DNA of 64,000 nucleotides from Escherichia coli (GTDB lineage Bacteria; Pseudomonadota; Gammaproteobacteria; Enterobacterales; Enterobacteriaceae): NCBI RefSeq assembly GCF_045037415.1, contig NZ_CP173438.1; one strand, 5' to 3'. Shown piece by piece: positions 63,065 to 64,000 of this stretch (position 1 is its first letter; each line of letters starts with the position of its first letter). The notes under the pieces were generated by a model. It saw only the letters and a program-made list of their open reading frames with translations, ran no database searches and was not told where the DNA came from. The position numbers and the translations under genes were made by a program.

Positions 63065-64000
63065 TTAGATGACGAGCCATACGCACCAGGTAATTAAGAA
63101 TCCGGTAAAACCGAGAATGGTCGTTAACACTGTCCAGGTTTTCAGACCGTCTGCTACCGACAACCCCAGATATTTGGTCACAATCCAGAACCCTGAGTCA
63201 TTAATATGTGACGCGCCAAGCCCACCAAAGCAGGCTGCCAGCGTCACCAATACGCACTGAATTGGATTCAATCCCATCACCGCTTCTGAGAGTAACCCGC
63301 CGGTTGTCAGGATTGCTACGGTTGCTGACCCCTGCGATGCACGCAGCGCCAGTGAAATAATAAATGCGGCTGGTAACAGAGGCAGGTCAATCATTTGTAA
63401 CATGTTGGCAAGGGCTTTACCGACGCCCGATTCCACCAGCACTTTGCCAAATACCCCTCCAGCACCAGTAACCAAAATCACTACCGCCGCAGTGGGAAGG
63501 GCAGAGCCCATAATGTCGCTGGTGTGTTGTAAGCTCCAGCCGCGACGTAAAGCCAATAACCAGAATGCCAGCACCAGCGCAATCATTAGAGCTACCATTG
63601 GTGAGCCGATCAACTGTAGCGTACCAAGCAGGGGATGCGAAGGCGGCATCAGTGTTGCAGAAACCGTTCCCGCCATGATAATCGCGATAGGAATAACAAT
63701 TAGCGAGGTGACTAACGCGACGCCCGGTGGATTTATTTTATCGCTTAATTTTGTCGCGCCTTCCTCACTGGCCGGAGCCAGTTGCATCTGTTCCAGTACC
63801 TCGACCGACATCGCATATTGGCGCTTATTGATTATTTTCGCTGCAAAGTAGCCAACAATCCCTACGGGAATAGAAATCGCAATACCGATGATGGTTAGCC
63901 AGCCGATGTCTGCGTGGAGTAATCCCGCTGCGGCGACAGGGCCTGGATGCGGCGGTACCGCCACGTGAACAGTGAGCATGATCCCAGCGACAGGCAGGCC
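63065..64000 (-). CDS. ygbN: GntP-family permease, C-terminal part; 5' end lies outside the window
   Basis: Polytopic membrane translation recognised as GntP-family (YgbN-like); the ORF runs off the window end. Confidence 0.8.
   Translation of the reverse strand, partial: GLPVAGIMLTVHVAVPPHPGPVAAAGLLHADIGWLTIIGIAISIPVGIVGYFAAKIINKRQYAMSVEVLEQMQLAPASEEGATKLSDKINPPGVALVTSLIVIPIAIIMAGTVSATLMPPSHPLLGTLQLIGSPMVALMIALVLAFWLLALRRGWSLQHTSDIMGSALPTAAVVILVTGAGGVFGKVLVESGVGKALANMLQMIDLPLLPAAFIISLALRASQGSATVAILTTGGLLSEAVMGLNPIQCVLVTLAACFGGLGASHINDSGFWIVTKYLGLSVADGLKTWTVLTTILGFTGFLITWCVWLVI

Overview
This 64 kb window is an Enterobacteriaceae chromosomal segment whose gene order matches the Escherichia coli fucO-xni-sdaBC-ppnN-queF-syd-csrB-yqcC-truC-yqcA-gudPXD-barA-rlmD-relA-mazG-pyrG-eno-ygcG-queE ... 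ygcE-yqcE-ygcWUSRQ-ygcPON-queD-cysJIH ... iap-cysDNC-ygbE-ftsB-ispDF-truD-surE-pcm-nlpD-rpoS ... ygbN region, reverse-complemented relative to K-12 numbering. All assignments come from reading the supplied ORF translations and the nucleotide sequence, and comparisons to K-12 are from memory; no database search was run. I annotate about 57 protein-coding genes, the CsrB sRNA with its upstream UvrY-type palindrome, several REP elements, and a number of intrinsic terminators. Four loci differ from the K-12 arrangement as I recall it: (1) the mazEF toxin-antitoxin pair is missing between relA and mazG, leaving a 95 bp spacer; (2) a complete scrKYABR sucrose-PTS regulon with ScrR-type operator palindromes lies between queE and ygcE; (3) the type I-E CRISPR-cas locus expected between cysH and iap is absent, and the 0.54 kb gap instead carries a 50-codon Hok/Gef-family type I toxin gene with fold-back (fbi-like) 5'/3' complementarity and a candidate antisense (Sok-like) promoter; (4) a flavodoxin-like gene and an AT-rich secreted metallo-beta-lactamase-fold gene sit between rpoS and ygbN. 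The most interesting testable items are the Hok-like locus at the former CRISPR-cas site and a terminator/antiterminator leader with a perfect CRP site upstream of the poorly characterised ygcWUSRQ operon, which is adjacent to the GlpP-family antiterminator gene ygcP. No tRNA, rRNA, CRISPR repeats, IS elements or integrases were seen.
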